A stretch of 64,000 nt of DNA from Bacillota bacterium (GCA_036677375.1 JAVBWO010000020.1:26960-90959); one strand, 5' to 3'. Shown: positions 20,364-29,350, counted from the stretch's first letter. Numbers and translations are program-made. The notes: generated by a model from the letters alone, not told the origin.

Positions 20364-21074
20364 ATGTCAACTATTCGTCTGCAAAATATTTCCACACCAC
20401 ATTGCTTGAAGAATGTAAATTTAGATATTGAAGCAGGGGAACTTGTGATAGTCTTAGGCTTTACCGGCGCTGGCAAGAGCACGCTGCTTAATGTAATCGC
20501 AGGATTGACGGAATATACGGGAGACGTGTATATCAATCAGCAAAACATGAACAATATCCCTACGGAAAGACGTAATGTGGGTTATCTGCTACAGGACATT
20601 TATCTGTTTCCCCATTGCAATACATTTGATAATGTTGCCTTTGGCTTGCGTGCCAGTGGTTACCCTTGTGACAGAATAAGAGATAAAGTTGAAGAAACAC
20701 TGGATCTTCTTCATATAGAACATTTAAAAAACCGTTATCCGAAGGATCTTAGCGGTGGGGAAAAACAAAGAATAGGCCTGGCGCGTTCCATTATTATGGA
20801 ACCAAAGATTTTACTTTTGGATGAACCGCTGGCCAGCCTGGATCCATCTACCGCTAATAGCATCCGGCAGGAATTGAAAATACTACAGAATCGTTTGAAG
20901 CTAACAATGCTCTATGTCACTCATGATTTTGCCGAGGCCCGCGAGCTTGCAGATAGAATTATTGTGATTGCAGAAGGTCAAATTAAGCAATCAGGGTCTG
21001 TTTGGGATATTTTTAATGAGCCGGTTGCGGAAATACAGGAATTAATATCTGTTGCTCATTTTAACAAATTGTAA
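20364..21074 (+). CDS. ABC transporter ATP-binding protein
   Basis: Walker A GFTGAGKST, signature LSGGEKQRIGLAR, Walker B LLLDEPLASLD. RBS GGAGG 7 nt upstream of the ATG at 20364. Confidence 0.85.
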   Translation: MSTIRLQNISTPHCLKNVNLDIEAGELVIVLGFTGAGKSTLLNVIAGLTEYTGDVYINQQNMNNIPTERRNVGYLLQDIYLFPHCNTFDNVAFGLRASGYPCDRIRDKVEETLDLLHIEHLKNRYPKDLSGGEKQRIGLARSIIMEPKILLLDEPLASLDPSTANSIRQELKILQNRLKLTMLYVTHDFAEARELADRIIVIAEGQIKQSGSVWDIFNEPVAEIQELISVAHFNKL

Positions 21075-21128
21075 AGATGATATAACCCCCAAATATATAA
21101 AAGAATATTTCTAAAGGGAGTTTATACT

Positions 21129-21893
21129 ATGAAAAAAAGAGATAAAAATTTATTTTTTGATCGTTTGCAAAGAGAGTTTACCCAGTTGGTTGATGAATTT
21201 CAGCTCAGGCACGCTGAGGTAAAGGTAAAGGCATCATTACTGAGTCCGGAAGATGCCATAGGAGCTACAAAACGCCAAGATTATGTGATTCTAAAAGGAA
21301 AGGAACGTTTGCTGCAGTCTTCTGTGATGGGTTGCAAGGGACAAGCCTTTACAGGGTCGCAAGGGAATTTTGCAGGAACGTTGGCAGAGGTGTTGGCCTT
21401 GCCTTTGACGGATGATTTTCAGCGAGCTGTGTATATTGCCACACTTAATGCAGTTGTGTGTTATTCGGGGAGGGTAAATCAGACAGTTCACTGCCGTAAC
21501 CAAGGGCCGGAACTATGTGCCCGACAAATAACGGCATACTTGAGGGAAAATTATGGCGATCCACATATTCTGATGATTGGCTATCAGCCTTCGCTGGCCG
21601 AAGCCCTGCATAATGCCGGGTTCTCATTGATTGTGCTTGACTTGGATCCGGATAATATAGGCAAGACCAAAAATGGTGTTCTTATCAGGAATGGTGCTGA
21701 AAGCTTAGACGAGTGTATTGCAGCAAGTGATATTATCTTTGCTACCGGCAGCACTATTTGCAATGCTACGATTGATGCGTTGTACAATGCAGACATACCG
21801 CTCGTCTTATTTGGCACAACCGGAGCCGGTGCCGCAGCTTTACTGAGGATAACCAGGTTTTGTCCGGAAGCTACTAGTGGCAGGTGTGATTAA
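21129..21893 (+). CDS. DUF4213/DUF364-family protein (Rossmann-like, putative metal-chelation domain) associated with the ABC importer
   Basis: Size and sequence pattern match DUF364 proteins, which commonly accompany ABC transporters in anaerobes. Assigned on family resemblance only. Confidence 0.4.
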   Translation: MKKRDKNLFFDRLQREFTQLVDEFQLRHAEVKVKASLLSPEDAIGATKRQDYVILKGKERLLQSSVMGCKGQAFTGSQGNFAGTLAEVLALPLTDDFQRAVYIATLNAVVCYSGRVNQTVHCRNQGPELCARQITAYLRENYGDPHILMIGYQPSLAEALHNAGFSLIVLDLDPDNIGKTKNGVLIRNGAESLDECIAASDIIFATGSTICNATIDALYNADIPLVLFGTTGAGAAALLRITRFCPEATSGRCD

Positions 21894-22053
21894 TTTAATT
21901 ACTAGAACAAAAAAGATAGAAAGAAAATGAATACCGCATTTGAAGTTAGAATCGTAATATAGAAACCAGCAATCTGCGGCCAGCAATAGATTCATCATTA
22001 AGAAAAAGAAAATATACATCTACAGTTGATCATGGTTGAGCAAGCAATTTAAA

Positions 22054-22097
22054 CGGGCAATTACAAAAATGTAATTGCCCGTTCTTATTATTTTATT
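22054..22097. terminator. bidirectional terminator between convergent DUF364 (+) and peroxiredoxin (-) genes
   Basis: ACGGGCAATTACA-AAAA-TGTAATTGCCCGT, with a T-run on the + side and an A/U-rich run on the - side. The prx stop codon (22093-22095) abuts the hairpin. Confidence 0.65.
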
Positions 22098-22689
22098 CAT
22101 TTTTAGGAGGTTGCCATACCTGCCATACTTTTCCAGCTAGATCTGGGGATGGTTTGAGTGTTGGGGCTCCTTCTACCCATCCCGACGGCATCACTTCACC
22201 GGTTTTTTGATGGTGCTGGTAAGCTTTGATTTGGCGGATCAGTTCTGCAGGATTCCGGCCTACCGGCGGACTGAGTATTTCCGCCGCTTGAATGATTCCT
22301 TCAGGGTCAATTAAAAATCTTCCACGAATATTGACGCCCGCTTCTTCATTGTAAACCTCATAAAGTTTACCGATGGCGCCAGTTTGGTCGGAAATCATTG
22401 GAAATGGGATATCATGACCTACCATTTTACTAAGTTCAATTTCATTCCAAATTTTATGCGAGAAAGCACTGTCAGTACTGACAGAGAGCACTTCAACACC
22501 AAGCGCTTGGAGCTTGTCATAGCTAACTGCTATGTGTGAAATTTCCGTAGGTCAAACAAAAGTGAAATCTCCCGGATAGAAACAGAGCACAACCCATTTG
22601 CCACGATAGTCTTCTAAGGATACCTGCTTGATCTGACCTTTGTAAAAAGCTGTTCCCGTGAATGATGGCGCCTTTTTAGTGACTAACAT
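22093..22689 (-). CDS. peroxiredoxin (AhpC/Prx1-type) with in-frame UGA at the peroxidatic cysteine position: candidate selenocysteine-containing peroxiredoxin (PrxU-like)
   Basis: ATG at 22689 with RBS AAGGAG 9 nt upstream. Translation [45 protein letters not shown]-[TGA][35 protein letters not shown]... runs into the annotated 132-aa ORF in the same frame. The TGA falls exactly at the invariant Cys of the FTFVCPTE motif. The usual resolving Cys (GEVCP) is Met here (GEVMP). Confidence 0.7.
22518..22534 (-). ncRNA. candidate SECIS-like hairpin downstream of the UGA
   Basis: mRNA CAUAGC-AGUUA-GCUAUG (6-bp stem, 5-nt loop containing GU) begins 17 nt 3' of the UGA. A second palindrome CCAAGCGCUUGG lies a further 10 nt downstream. 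Confidence 0.35.
22552..22554 (-). other. in-frame TGA (putative Sec codon, codon 46 of the peroxiredoxin)
   Basis: Plus-strand TCA at 22552-22554 is TGA on the minus strand. Both flanking frames are open and conserved. Confidence 0.65.
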
Positions 22690-22911
22690 AATAAGCCGCT
22701 CCTTTCTTTCTATTGATACCTACTACCAATATATTACATTTTAATTGTCTTAAAGTCAAGTTTGGTCGAATTTCATGGACACATTATGATCTTTCGCCAA
22801 GATACGGCAGATCGTCTTGTAAAACTTGTACTCAGCCAATGGCAGTATTTGCACAGGGAATGATCTTGTATCTACGCTTAAAATGAGCAAATGACATGCC
22901 AAATCTTAAGC

Positions 22912-22954
22912 AAAAGGACTTACCCCCTCATGGTTTAAGTCCTTTTGTTTTTTA
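22912..22954 (+). terminator. orphan rho-independent terminator (plus-strand orientation) in the prx-tgl intergenic region
   Basis: AAAAGGACTTA-N13-TAAGTCCTTTT followed by GTTTTTTAT. No plus-strand CDS lies upstream within 1 kb. Confidence 0.5.
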
Positions 22955-23106
22955 TGAAATTACTAAATTTAAGTAAAGGAGAAACGGAAATTTGAAGGGG
23001 AAGTGAGATGCATGATGCTTTTCTCATGATCTCTTTGCATTTTGAAAGGTATGCTCGATTCCATTTCAAAGGGCAAAGCACGCTTACTAAAAAGTCCATA
23101 CGGAGC

Positions 23107-23898
23107 TTATACTGAATACGAAAGAGTAGAAACGCCAATGGCCATATCATAGAGGGCAGTCAAATGCTGAAAATTCGGGCGTCCCACAAGGTCCATCAAA
23201 TATGCCGTTTCATCCGCATCCTCTTTTCGGTGGTGGTTGAGTGCTTTGATGAACCCATCAGCTTTATATTTCCCGATGCCATGGCCATAATAGAGGCCGC
23301 CTCCCATGTCGATCACGTTTTCTCCCTGCCATTGGGGAGTGAGAGGATCGACATCAGGATTGGCAAAATACAGGCGGTCGCCGGGCAAAAAATCCTTTGC
23401 CTGGCGCATGAAACCGACCTCCCTGAGCTCTTTTGCAATCCGGTGCCAGTTCATCAAATAAATATCGGGGAACATTTTATTATAAAAATCTTCCGGGAAA
23501 ACTTCCAGCAGTGCTTTATAATAAACGATAAGCATTGCGGTGGCGCATTCCGTACCATACAACCAACTGTTTACAAAAATGTCTCTTACTGCATCGCTGG
23601 GCTTGACGCCTTCCTTAAGCGCAAATCCGCCATCGTCCATGCGCACCCAATAATTAGGGTTGCAAATTGAATCACGAAACGTTTTAAAAGACATTTTGCT
23701 TCGGTAAAGGGAGTCCGCGGCATTGATAATCTCCCGGCGCAGCTTAAGTTCAAATTTCAGCTGCCTGAGGGAATCATACAAGTAGACTTCTTCACTGGAT
23801 TCCAATATGTTGATCATGACCCTTTCCACACTGCCTGGGGGGTATTCATTCAGAAGAGATGCAACCCCCGGCGCTTGATTCTGTATTTTAATCATCAC
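23107..23898 (-). CDS. tgl: protein-glutamine gamma-glutamyltransferase (spore coat transglutaminase)
   Basis: Co-linear similarity to B. subtilis Tgl (for example ECATAMLIVYYKALLEVF vs ECATAIVIIYYLALIDTI; PDVDPLTPQWQGENVI vs PEFDPQKAQWRGENVI). Length 263 aa vs 245 aa. Confidence 0.85.
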   Translation of the reverse strand: MMIKIQNQAPGVASLLNEYPPGSVERVMINILESSEEVYLYDSLRQLKFELKLRREIINAADSLYRSKMSFKTFRDSICNPNYWVRMDDGGFALKEGVKPSDAVRDIFVNSWLYGTECATAMLIVYYKALLEVFPEDFYNKMFPDIYLMNWHRIAKELREVGFMRQAKDFLPGDRLYFANPDVDPLTPQWQGENVIDMGGGLYYGHGIGKYKADGFIKALNHHRKEDADETAYLMDLVGRPNFQHLTALYDMAIGVSTLSYSV

Positions 23899-24878
23899 AC
23901 CACCTCAAAATCGGATTTTGCGATACGAACCTGTTCCGGCAACTGTTTTTGCATAAATTTTTCCCAGGAACGTTTTCGGTGATGGATTTGATAGGAGTAT
24001 GCCGAAAGAATTTCCCGTTCCTCTTGCGAAGTTTCGCGAAATTGATTCAAACATAAGATTTCTTTTTCAGTTAAAGGCTGTAACGGTTTCCTATCCTTAG
24101 GGGATATTTTTTTATACAGGTACTTGGCTTCCAAATCAATGCGCAAAGGTTCAGGATCACTGGTAAGCTGAAAATGCTCGCCGGTCAAGTATAAAAACGG
24201 ACGGTTCTCGCTCAGCCATGCCCGATAATTTTTATACAGCTTTCGTTTGCCGAGGTCTCTGTCCGTTTCTTTTGGCAATGGCAAGTGCAGGAGGCGGCAG
24301 GCCAGTTCTACATCTTTCTGTTTGTCGGAAAGAAGGTATTTTGCAATCAGCGTTACCTTTTTGGGGTCATAAGCCTGGAAAAAACTCCAGACCAGATCAT
24401 GAATGAAAAGCCCTTTTCGATTACGTTTAAAAATCAAATCCGCAACAGCGGGCAAAACCGTCTTGTCTTCATAAGTTCTGATGAGAAGCGCCGCCAAAGC
24501 ATCCAGCACCGCATCATATGGGTCATCATGCGGGCCCTCCCAGCGCACACCTGTATTAAACATCCATTTGAATACCTGATGCTTCATATGGCTGTTTTGT
24601 GGCGGCAACCGGTCTAGGTGAACGGCCAAATGATGATGATTTAATTTTTTGGCGCATAATTGCAGCGCTATGATATTTCGTGAATTTAAGTTCTCATACA
24701 GATTCAATGCTTCGATTTCAGGCATTAGGATAAATAAGCTTGGAAACGGGAGCTTTTCCTTGTTAAGATAATGAAAAGCTTTTTGTCTGTTTTGCTCCGC
24801 CAATTCATGGAATGTCCGTCTAAAGCGGTCTACGTTTTGACTCAGCCATATGCGGTCTAGACTGTTCCAATTCATCAC
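23895..24878 (-). CDS. hypothetical protein (327 aa), translationally coupled upstream of tgl
   Basis: Long ORF whose stop overlaps the tgl start (ATGA). Basic/aromatic-rich. No recognisable motifs. Confidence 0.5.
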   Translation of the reverse strand: MMNWNSLDRIWLSQNVDRFRRTFHELAEQNRQKAFHYLNKEKLPFPSLFILMPEIEALNLYENLNSRNIIALQLCAKKLNHHHLAVHLDRLPPQNSHMKHQVFKWMFNTGVRWEGPHDDPYDAVLDALAALLIRTYEDKTVLPAVADLIFKRNRKGLFIHDLVWSFFQAYDPKKVTLIAKYLLSDKQKDVELACRLLHLPLPKETDRDLGKRKLYKNYRAWLSENRPFLYLTGEHFQLTSDPEPLRIDLEAKYLYKKISPKDRKPLQPLTEKEILCLNQFRETSQEEREILSAYSYQIHHRKRSWEKFMQKQLPEQVRIAKSDFEVV

Positions 24879-25255
24879 GTCTGCTGAGGCCTCCTTTTAG
24901 CTGGGATTGGGTTTGCCGCAGGGGTTATCAATACTATCATATTCGGATTATAAATTTTGTTTCTACTCCGGTCTGCGAAAAATTCGAAAGCCATCATAGT
25001 AAGAATAGTAAAAAATCATCCGTATGATGATGGCAACCCTCAGGATACAAGGATTGCCATATCATGCAGATGATAGATAGATTACCGCGTCTGTTAAAAA
25101 ATCAAGATGCTTGAAAGGGATATCACCATGAACTGTCGAATTTTGGAAGTTCAGATGGTATTTTTTTATATTTTTTTATAAAAATAAAATTCAACTAAAG
25201 GATTTTCAACAGACATACTTGAAATATAAAACATAAAATTTAAAGGAGTGTTTTT

Positions 25256-26044
25256 GTGTTTAATCAAAAAATATTGAGGATTCTGTTGGCAGGAGTGTTT
25301 TTATTTACAGTCATGACTGTAGCAGGTTGTGGTGATAAAGAGAAAATCACGCAGCTTTCTCAACTGGACGGTAAAGAATTCGCCGTTCCCACAGGGACAG
25401 CAGCAGATCAGCTGGTACTGACCAAATTCCCCGATGCCACCTTCCAGTACTATAACAGTGTGCTTGACGCCTGTCTGGCTGTAAAATCCGGGAAAGCCGA
25501 CGCGGCTGCTTATGATGAACCGATTTTAAAAAATATCGCCGCCAAAAATGACGGTCTTGTGGTTTTACCGGATATGATTACGACAGATCAGTATGGTTTT
25601 GCCGTTCGACCGGATAACCAGGAATTAAAGGCGGCAATGGATCAAGTGATCAATGAACTGAAAAATAACGGCACCTACGATGATATGTTAAAACGCTGGC
25701 TGCCCCAAGAAGGTTCGCCGGCGGCAATGCCGGAAATTGCCCTGAATGGCAATAAAGGCGTTCTGAAGTTTGGAACGGCGGCAGTGACGGAACCGTTTTC
25801 TTTTGTGGACGCCAACCGGAAAGTAGTCGGCCTTGATATTGAAATGGCGACATACATTGCTCAGAAATTAGATATGCAGCTGGAAGTTGTCAATATGGAT
25901 TTTGGCGGCATGATCCCGGCTTTAATATCGGGTAAGGTTGATATGATCGGGGCCTGTCTTACCATTACGGAAGAGAGAGCGCAAAGTGTTTTATTCTCCG
26001 AGCCCTACTATACAGGCGGTATTGCCGCCTTAGTCCATGAATAA
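25256..26044 (+). CDS. solute-binding lipoprotein of the SBP_bac_3 (polar amino-acid binding) family with circularly permuted lobe order
   Basis: RBS AAGGAG 7 nt upstream of the GTG. Signal peptide plus lipobox VAGC. Residues ~35-150 match the C-terminal lobe of GlnH-type binders (…NGTYDDMLKRWL). Residues ~150-262 match the N-terminal lobe (LKFGT…FSFVD…GLDIEMA…IAQKL…DMIGA.LTIT.ER…FSEPYY). No ABC permease or ATPase is adjacent. Confidence 0.6.
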   Translation: MFNQKILRILLAGVFLFTVMTVAGCGDKEKITQLSQLDGKEFAVPTGTAADQLVLTKFPDATFQYYNSVLDACLAVKSGKADAAAYDEPILKNIAAKNDGLVVLPDMITTDQYGFAVRPDNQELKAAMDQVINELKNNGTYDDMLKRWLPQEGSPAAMPEIALNGNKGVLKFGTAAVTEPFSFVDANRKVVGLDIEMATYIAQKLDMQLEVVNMDFGGMIPALISGKVDMIGACLTITEERAQSVLFSEPYYTGGIAALVHE

Positions 26045-26171
26045 AGAGGAAAAAGCAAATTAACCGATGCACGAACCGATTTTTTAACAATGATTTGACA
26101 ATAGACAGATGTCCTAAAACCATGGATATCATATCAAGTAAAAGCGGCATCTTTACAGGTAACGATCTTAT

Positions 26172-26230
26172 CCGAATCACCATTTGTGCTATCATCACCG
26201 GTAGACACAGGTGTTGATTCGGATTTTTTA
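26172..26230 (+). repeat. conserved hairpin + T-tract element, copy 1
   Basis: CCGAATCACCATTTGTG-CTATCATCACCGGTAGACA-CAGGTGTTGATTCGG-ATTTTTTATG. It shares an identical 19-nt core and flanking GAATCAC/GTGATTC arms with the copy at 29603-29663. Confidence 0.6.
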
Positions 26231-26449
26231 TGTCTCAAAGTCCATCAAAATGAAGATTGTAACCCGTGTTTTTGCCGGTGCAGGTGGCTTCTTTGGTATA
26301 TCATTGCTTGATTTTCCAATGGATTTTTCGCACCGGATTTCCCACACCGGATTTCCCACGCAAAAAGTAATCCACTTAAAAAGCAAGAAATGTGATAGAA
26401 TATGAGAAATAAAACAATGAAGAAAAGCAGATAGACGGAGGGTAACTGT

Positions 26450-27397
26450 TTGAATCATTTTGAAAAATTGATCTATAATATCCTTGCCGCTTTTTATAAA
26501 AACCTGAAGAAGAATTACAGGATGCATCGCAAAATCTTGAATTTGCTGAATCCTTCTTTTAAGCCATTGTATCATTTTCTGGATCACAAGATTATGGCGG
26601 GGAATCGTGAGATCCCTTTGCGGATTTTCTATCCCAAAATACAGGAAACTACCGGGGTCATGATTTTCTTTCATGGCGGGGGATGGGTTACGGGTAATAT
26701 TGATTCTTACACCAATGTATGTGCTAATATGGCAAACCAAACAGGACGCCGGGTTATTTCCGTGGATTATCGATTGGCTCCGGAGAATCCTTTCCCGGCA
26801 GGAGTTGAGGATTGTTATTTTGCTGCCAGGGAACTGTTTTTGAACTGTCATTTGCTGAATTGTCAGCCGGAAGATATCACACTTATAGGCGATAGCGCCG
26901 GCGGTAATCTGGCAGCGGCAGTATCTCTCATGGCAAGAGACAGGGGCGAATTTTTACCTGCCAGGCAGATTTTACTCTATCCCTCCACCTACAATGACCA
27001 TAGTGAAAATTCGCCGTTTGCTTCCATACGGGAGAATGGAACGGATTATATATTGACGTCTAAGAGAATTCAGGACTATATGGATCTTTATATTAAAAAT
27101 AAAGCGGATTTCTGCAATCCCTATTTTGCGCCTTTGCTGGCGGAGGATGTGTCGGAGCAGCCCCGAACGCTTGTGATCACCGCGGAGTTTGACCCCCTCA
27201 GGGATGAAGGGGAGGCTTATGGAGCGCGTTTGAAGGAATCCGGCAATTTTGTTGAGATATATCGGATGCAGGAGGCGCTGCATGGGTTTTTGACTTTGCC
27301 ATGGACATCGCAATCTGTTATAAAATGCTATGAGATCATGAACTGCTTTTTGAATGATGAGAAAATGGAAATGGGGAAGCAACATGAACCATCGTAA
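26450..27397 (+). CDS. alpha/beta-hydrolase esterase/lipase (HSL-like)
   Basis: Oxyanion motif HGGGW and nucleophile elbow GDSAGG. RBS GGAGGG 8 nt upstream of the TTG at 26450. Confidence 0.8.
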   Translation: MNHFEKLIYNILAAFYKNLKKNYRMHRKILNLLNPSFKPLYHFLDHKIMAGNREIPLRIFYPKIQETTGVMIFFHGGGWVTGNIDSYTNVCANMANQTGRRVISVDYRLAPENPFPAGVEDCYFAARELFLNCHLLNCQPEDITLIGDSAGGNLAAAVSLMARDRGEFLPARQILLYPSTYNDHSENSPFASIRENGTDYILTSKRIQDYMDLYIKNKADFCNPYFAPLLAEDVSEQPRTLVITAEFDPLRDEGEAYGARLKESGNFVEIYRMQEALHGFLTLPWTSQSVIKCYEIMNCFLNDEKMEMGKQHEPS

Positions 27398-28664
27398 AAG
27401 AGTCGAATGGTCCAGGCTGGATAATGCCTCAAAGATCTTCCCTGCTACCTGCAACGGAAGAGATACGAAAGTGTTTCGGCTTGCTTGCGAACTTTGTGAA
27501 GCGGCGGATCCCGCCATATTGCAACAGGCGCTGGATATGACTATGGAAAAGTTTCCCCTCTATAAGTCTATCCTGAGAAAAGGAGTTTTTTGGTATTACT
27601 TTGAAACCAGTGAAATTCGCGCATTGGCAAAAATGGAGTCGGAGCCTGTTTGTGCCCCCATCTATATCAATGGTAAGAAAAATTTATTATTTCGTGTGTT
27701 TTACTTTCGTAACAGAATCAACCTTGAGGTTTTTCATGCTCTTTCCGATGGAACCGGCGCCCTCAAGTTTATGCAAACCCTGTTATATCATTATTTTGTT
27801 TTTAGATACAAGGAAGCTTTTGCGGAAAAAATGCCCGGCTTTCATTTTGGCACATCGGTAAGTAAGAAGATGGATGATAGTTTTGGCAGGTATTTCCAAG
27901 GTGAGGATATTATAAAGCTCATTAAAAAAAAGAAAAATAAAGAAAAACATGTCCATGCCTATCATATCAGGGGATCTAGGATGGACGAAAACAGAATGAA
28001 CGTCATTGAAGGTTGTATATCTGTAAAGGCCGTCTTGGCGGAAGCCCACAAATATCATACTACCTTGACCATATTTCTCACATCTCTATTTATGTACTCC
28101 ATTTATAAAGAGATGTCGGCCTTGGGGAAAAAACGGCCTGTGGTTTTATCAGTCCCCATTAATTTACGGCAATTCTTTGAGTCGGAAACAGCAAGAAACT
28201 TTTTTAGTACAATGAATGTGGCATATCATTTTGGCAAAGAAAGTATTGATTTTGAAGATTTGATTCAACATGTCAGTACGATCTTCCAAAGAGAGCTGAC
28301 AGAGGAATGCCTGAGAAAACAGGGAACACAACTCATGTCCCTGGAAAAGAATCCCTTTGCCAGAATCATTCCTTTACCGTTTAAGGATGCTTCCCTTCGT
28401 ATTGCCAATAAAATAAACGACCGGGCAATCACCGCAGCCCTTTCCAATTTGGGACAGATCGCTATGCCTGTGGAATTTGAAGCCTATATCCGGCAGTTCA
28501 GCTTAAGTACCAGCGCCAGAAGACCGCAAATCTGTATATGCTCCTATGGGGACCGGTTGGTTATCACCTTTGCATCGCCATTTCGGGAGACGGAAATACA
28601 AAGAACATTTTTTGAGTTCTTTTCGAAAAACGGTATCAGCGTTGAGATCTCGTCAAATCTTTAG
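27384..28664 (+). CDS. HxxxD-motif acyltransferase (condensation-domain / WS-DGAT / alcohol acetyltransferase-like fold)
   Basis: Catalytic-type motif HALSDGTG around residue 120. About 430 aa. RBS GGGGAAG 5 nt upstream of the ATG at 27384. It overlaps the lipase gene's 3' end. Confidence 0.5.
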   Translation: MNHRKRVEWSRLDNASKIFPATCNGRDTKVFRLACELCEAADPAILQQALDMTMEKFPLYKSILRKGVFWYYFETSEIRALAKMESEPVCAPIYINGKKNLLFRVFYFRNRINLEVFHALSDGTGALKFMQTLLYHYFVFRYKEAFAEKMPGFHFGTSVSKKMDDSFGRYFQGEDIIKLIKKKKNKEKHVHAYHIRGSRMDENRMNVIEGCISVKAVLAEAHKYHTTLTIFLTSLFMYSIYKEMSALGKKRPVVLSVPINLRQFFESETARNFFSTMNVAYHFGKESIDFEDLIQHVSTIFQRELTEECLRKQGTQLMSLEKNPFARIIPLPFKDASLRIANKINDRAITAALSNLGQIAMPVEFEAYIRQFSLSTSARRPQICICSYGDRLVITFASPFRETEIQRTFFEFFSKNGISVEISSNL

Positions 28665-28681
28665 AAAGGAGGGCAAGGCTT

Positions 28682-29350
28682 ATGCAATACTGCAGTAACT
28701 GCCGGGTTCATATTCGGGGAACGAAAAATGAATGTCCCCTATGTGGAAATACGCTCTCAAGTGATGGCAATACGGCGGGTTTGGAAGAAATATACCCTGT
28801 GATACCGCCCATCTATGAGCGACACCTTGCTTTCCGGATTATGATTTTTATCTCCATCGTTGTCATTGTTTCCAGCTTTGTCATTTATACAATATATCCT
28901 TCCACCGTCGACTGGCCCATGTTTGTATTATTCGGGCTGATCAGCATGTGGCTTAGCTTAACTGTGGTGATCAGAAAAATGTACAATATCACCAAGAATA
29001 TTATGTGGCAGGTCATCATCGTATCGGCGCTTTCTGTTGCCTGGGACTGGGGGACCGGTTGGAGGGGCTGGTCATTGGACTACGTCATCCCGATTTTGTG
29101 TGTTGCCGCTATCGTTGTCATGTATGTAACAGCCAAGGTCATGCGGCTTAGCGTGCGGGATTACATCTCTTATTTTTTATTAGACGGCTTGTTTGGTATC
29201 GTTCCTATTTTATTTATCATTTTTGATTGGATCAATGTGCTTTATCCTTCTATCATATCGGTAGCGGCATGTATTATATTTTTATCCGCCATCCTTATAT
29301 TCCAGGGAGAGAATATTAAAGCTGAATTGCATAAAAGAATGCACATTTAA
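28682..29350 (+). CDS. zinc-ribbon + polytopic membrane protein (DUF6320-like)
   Basis: N-terminal CxxC-X14-CxxC (CSNC...CPLC) followed by five to six hydrophobic helices. Confidence 0.5.
   Translation: MQYCSNCRVHIRGTKNECPLCGNTLSSDGNTAGLEEIYPVIPPIYERHLAFRIMIFISIVVIVSSFVIYTIYPSTVDWPMFVLFGLISMWLSLTVVIRKMYNITKNIMWQVIIVSALSVAWDWGTGWRGWSLDYVIPILCVAAIVVMYVTAKVMRLSVRDYISYFLLDGLFGIVPILFIIFDWINVLYPSIISVAACIIFLSAILIFQGENIKAELHKRMHI

Noticed and set aside
22491-22554. Alternative reading of the peroxiredoxin as a pseudogene or as a 132-aa protein starting at the GTG at 22491
   Set aside because: The 45 codons upstream of the TGA are intact, carry a strong RBS and encode the conserved Prx N-terminus. 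A 132-aa product would lack the catalytic centre entirely. The stop falls precisely on the catalytic Cys codon, the hallmark of Sec/Cys pairs. A recent nonsense mutation cannot be excluded without the genome's sel genes.
22700-22950. Looked for a tRNA-Sec (selC) next to the UGA-containing peroxiredoxin
   Set aside because: No tRNA-like acceptor/T-arm pattern and no UCA anticodon loop (CUUCAAAUC-type) is present. The only structure is a simple terminator hairpin.
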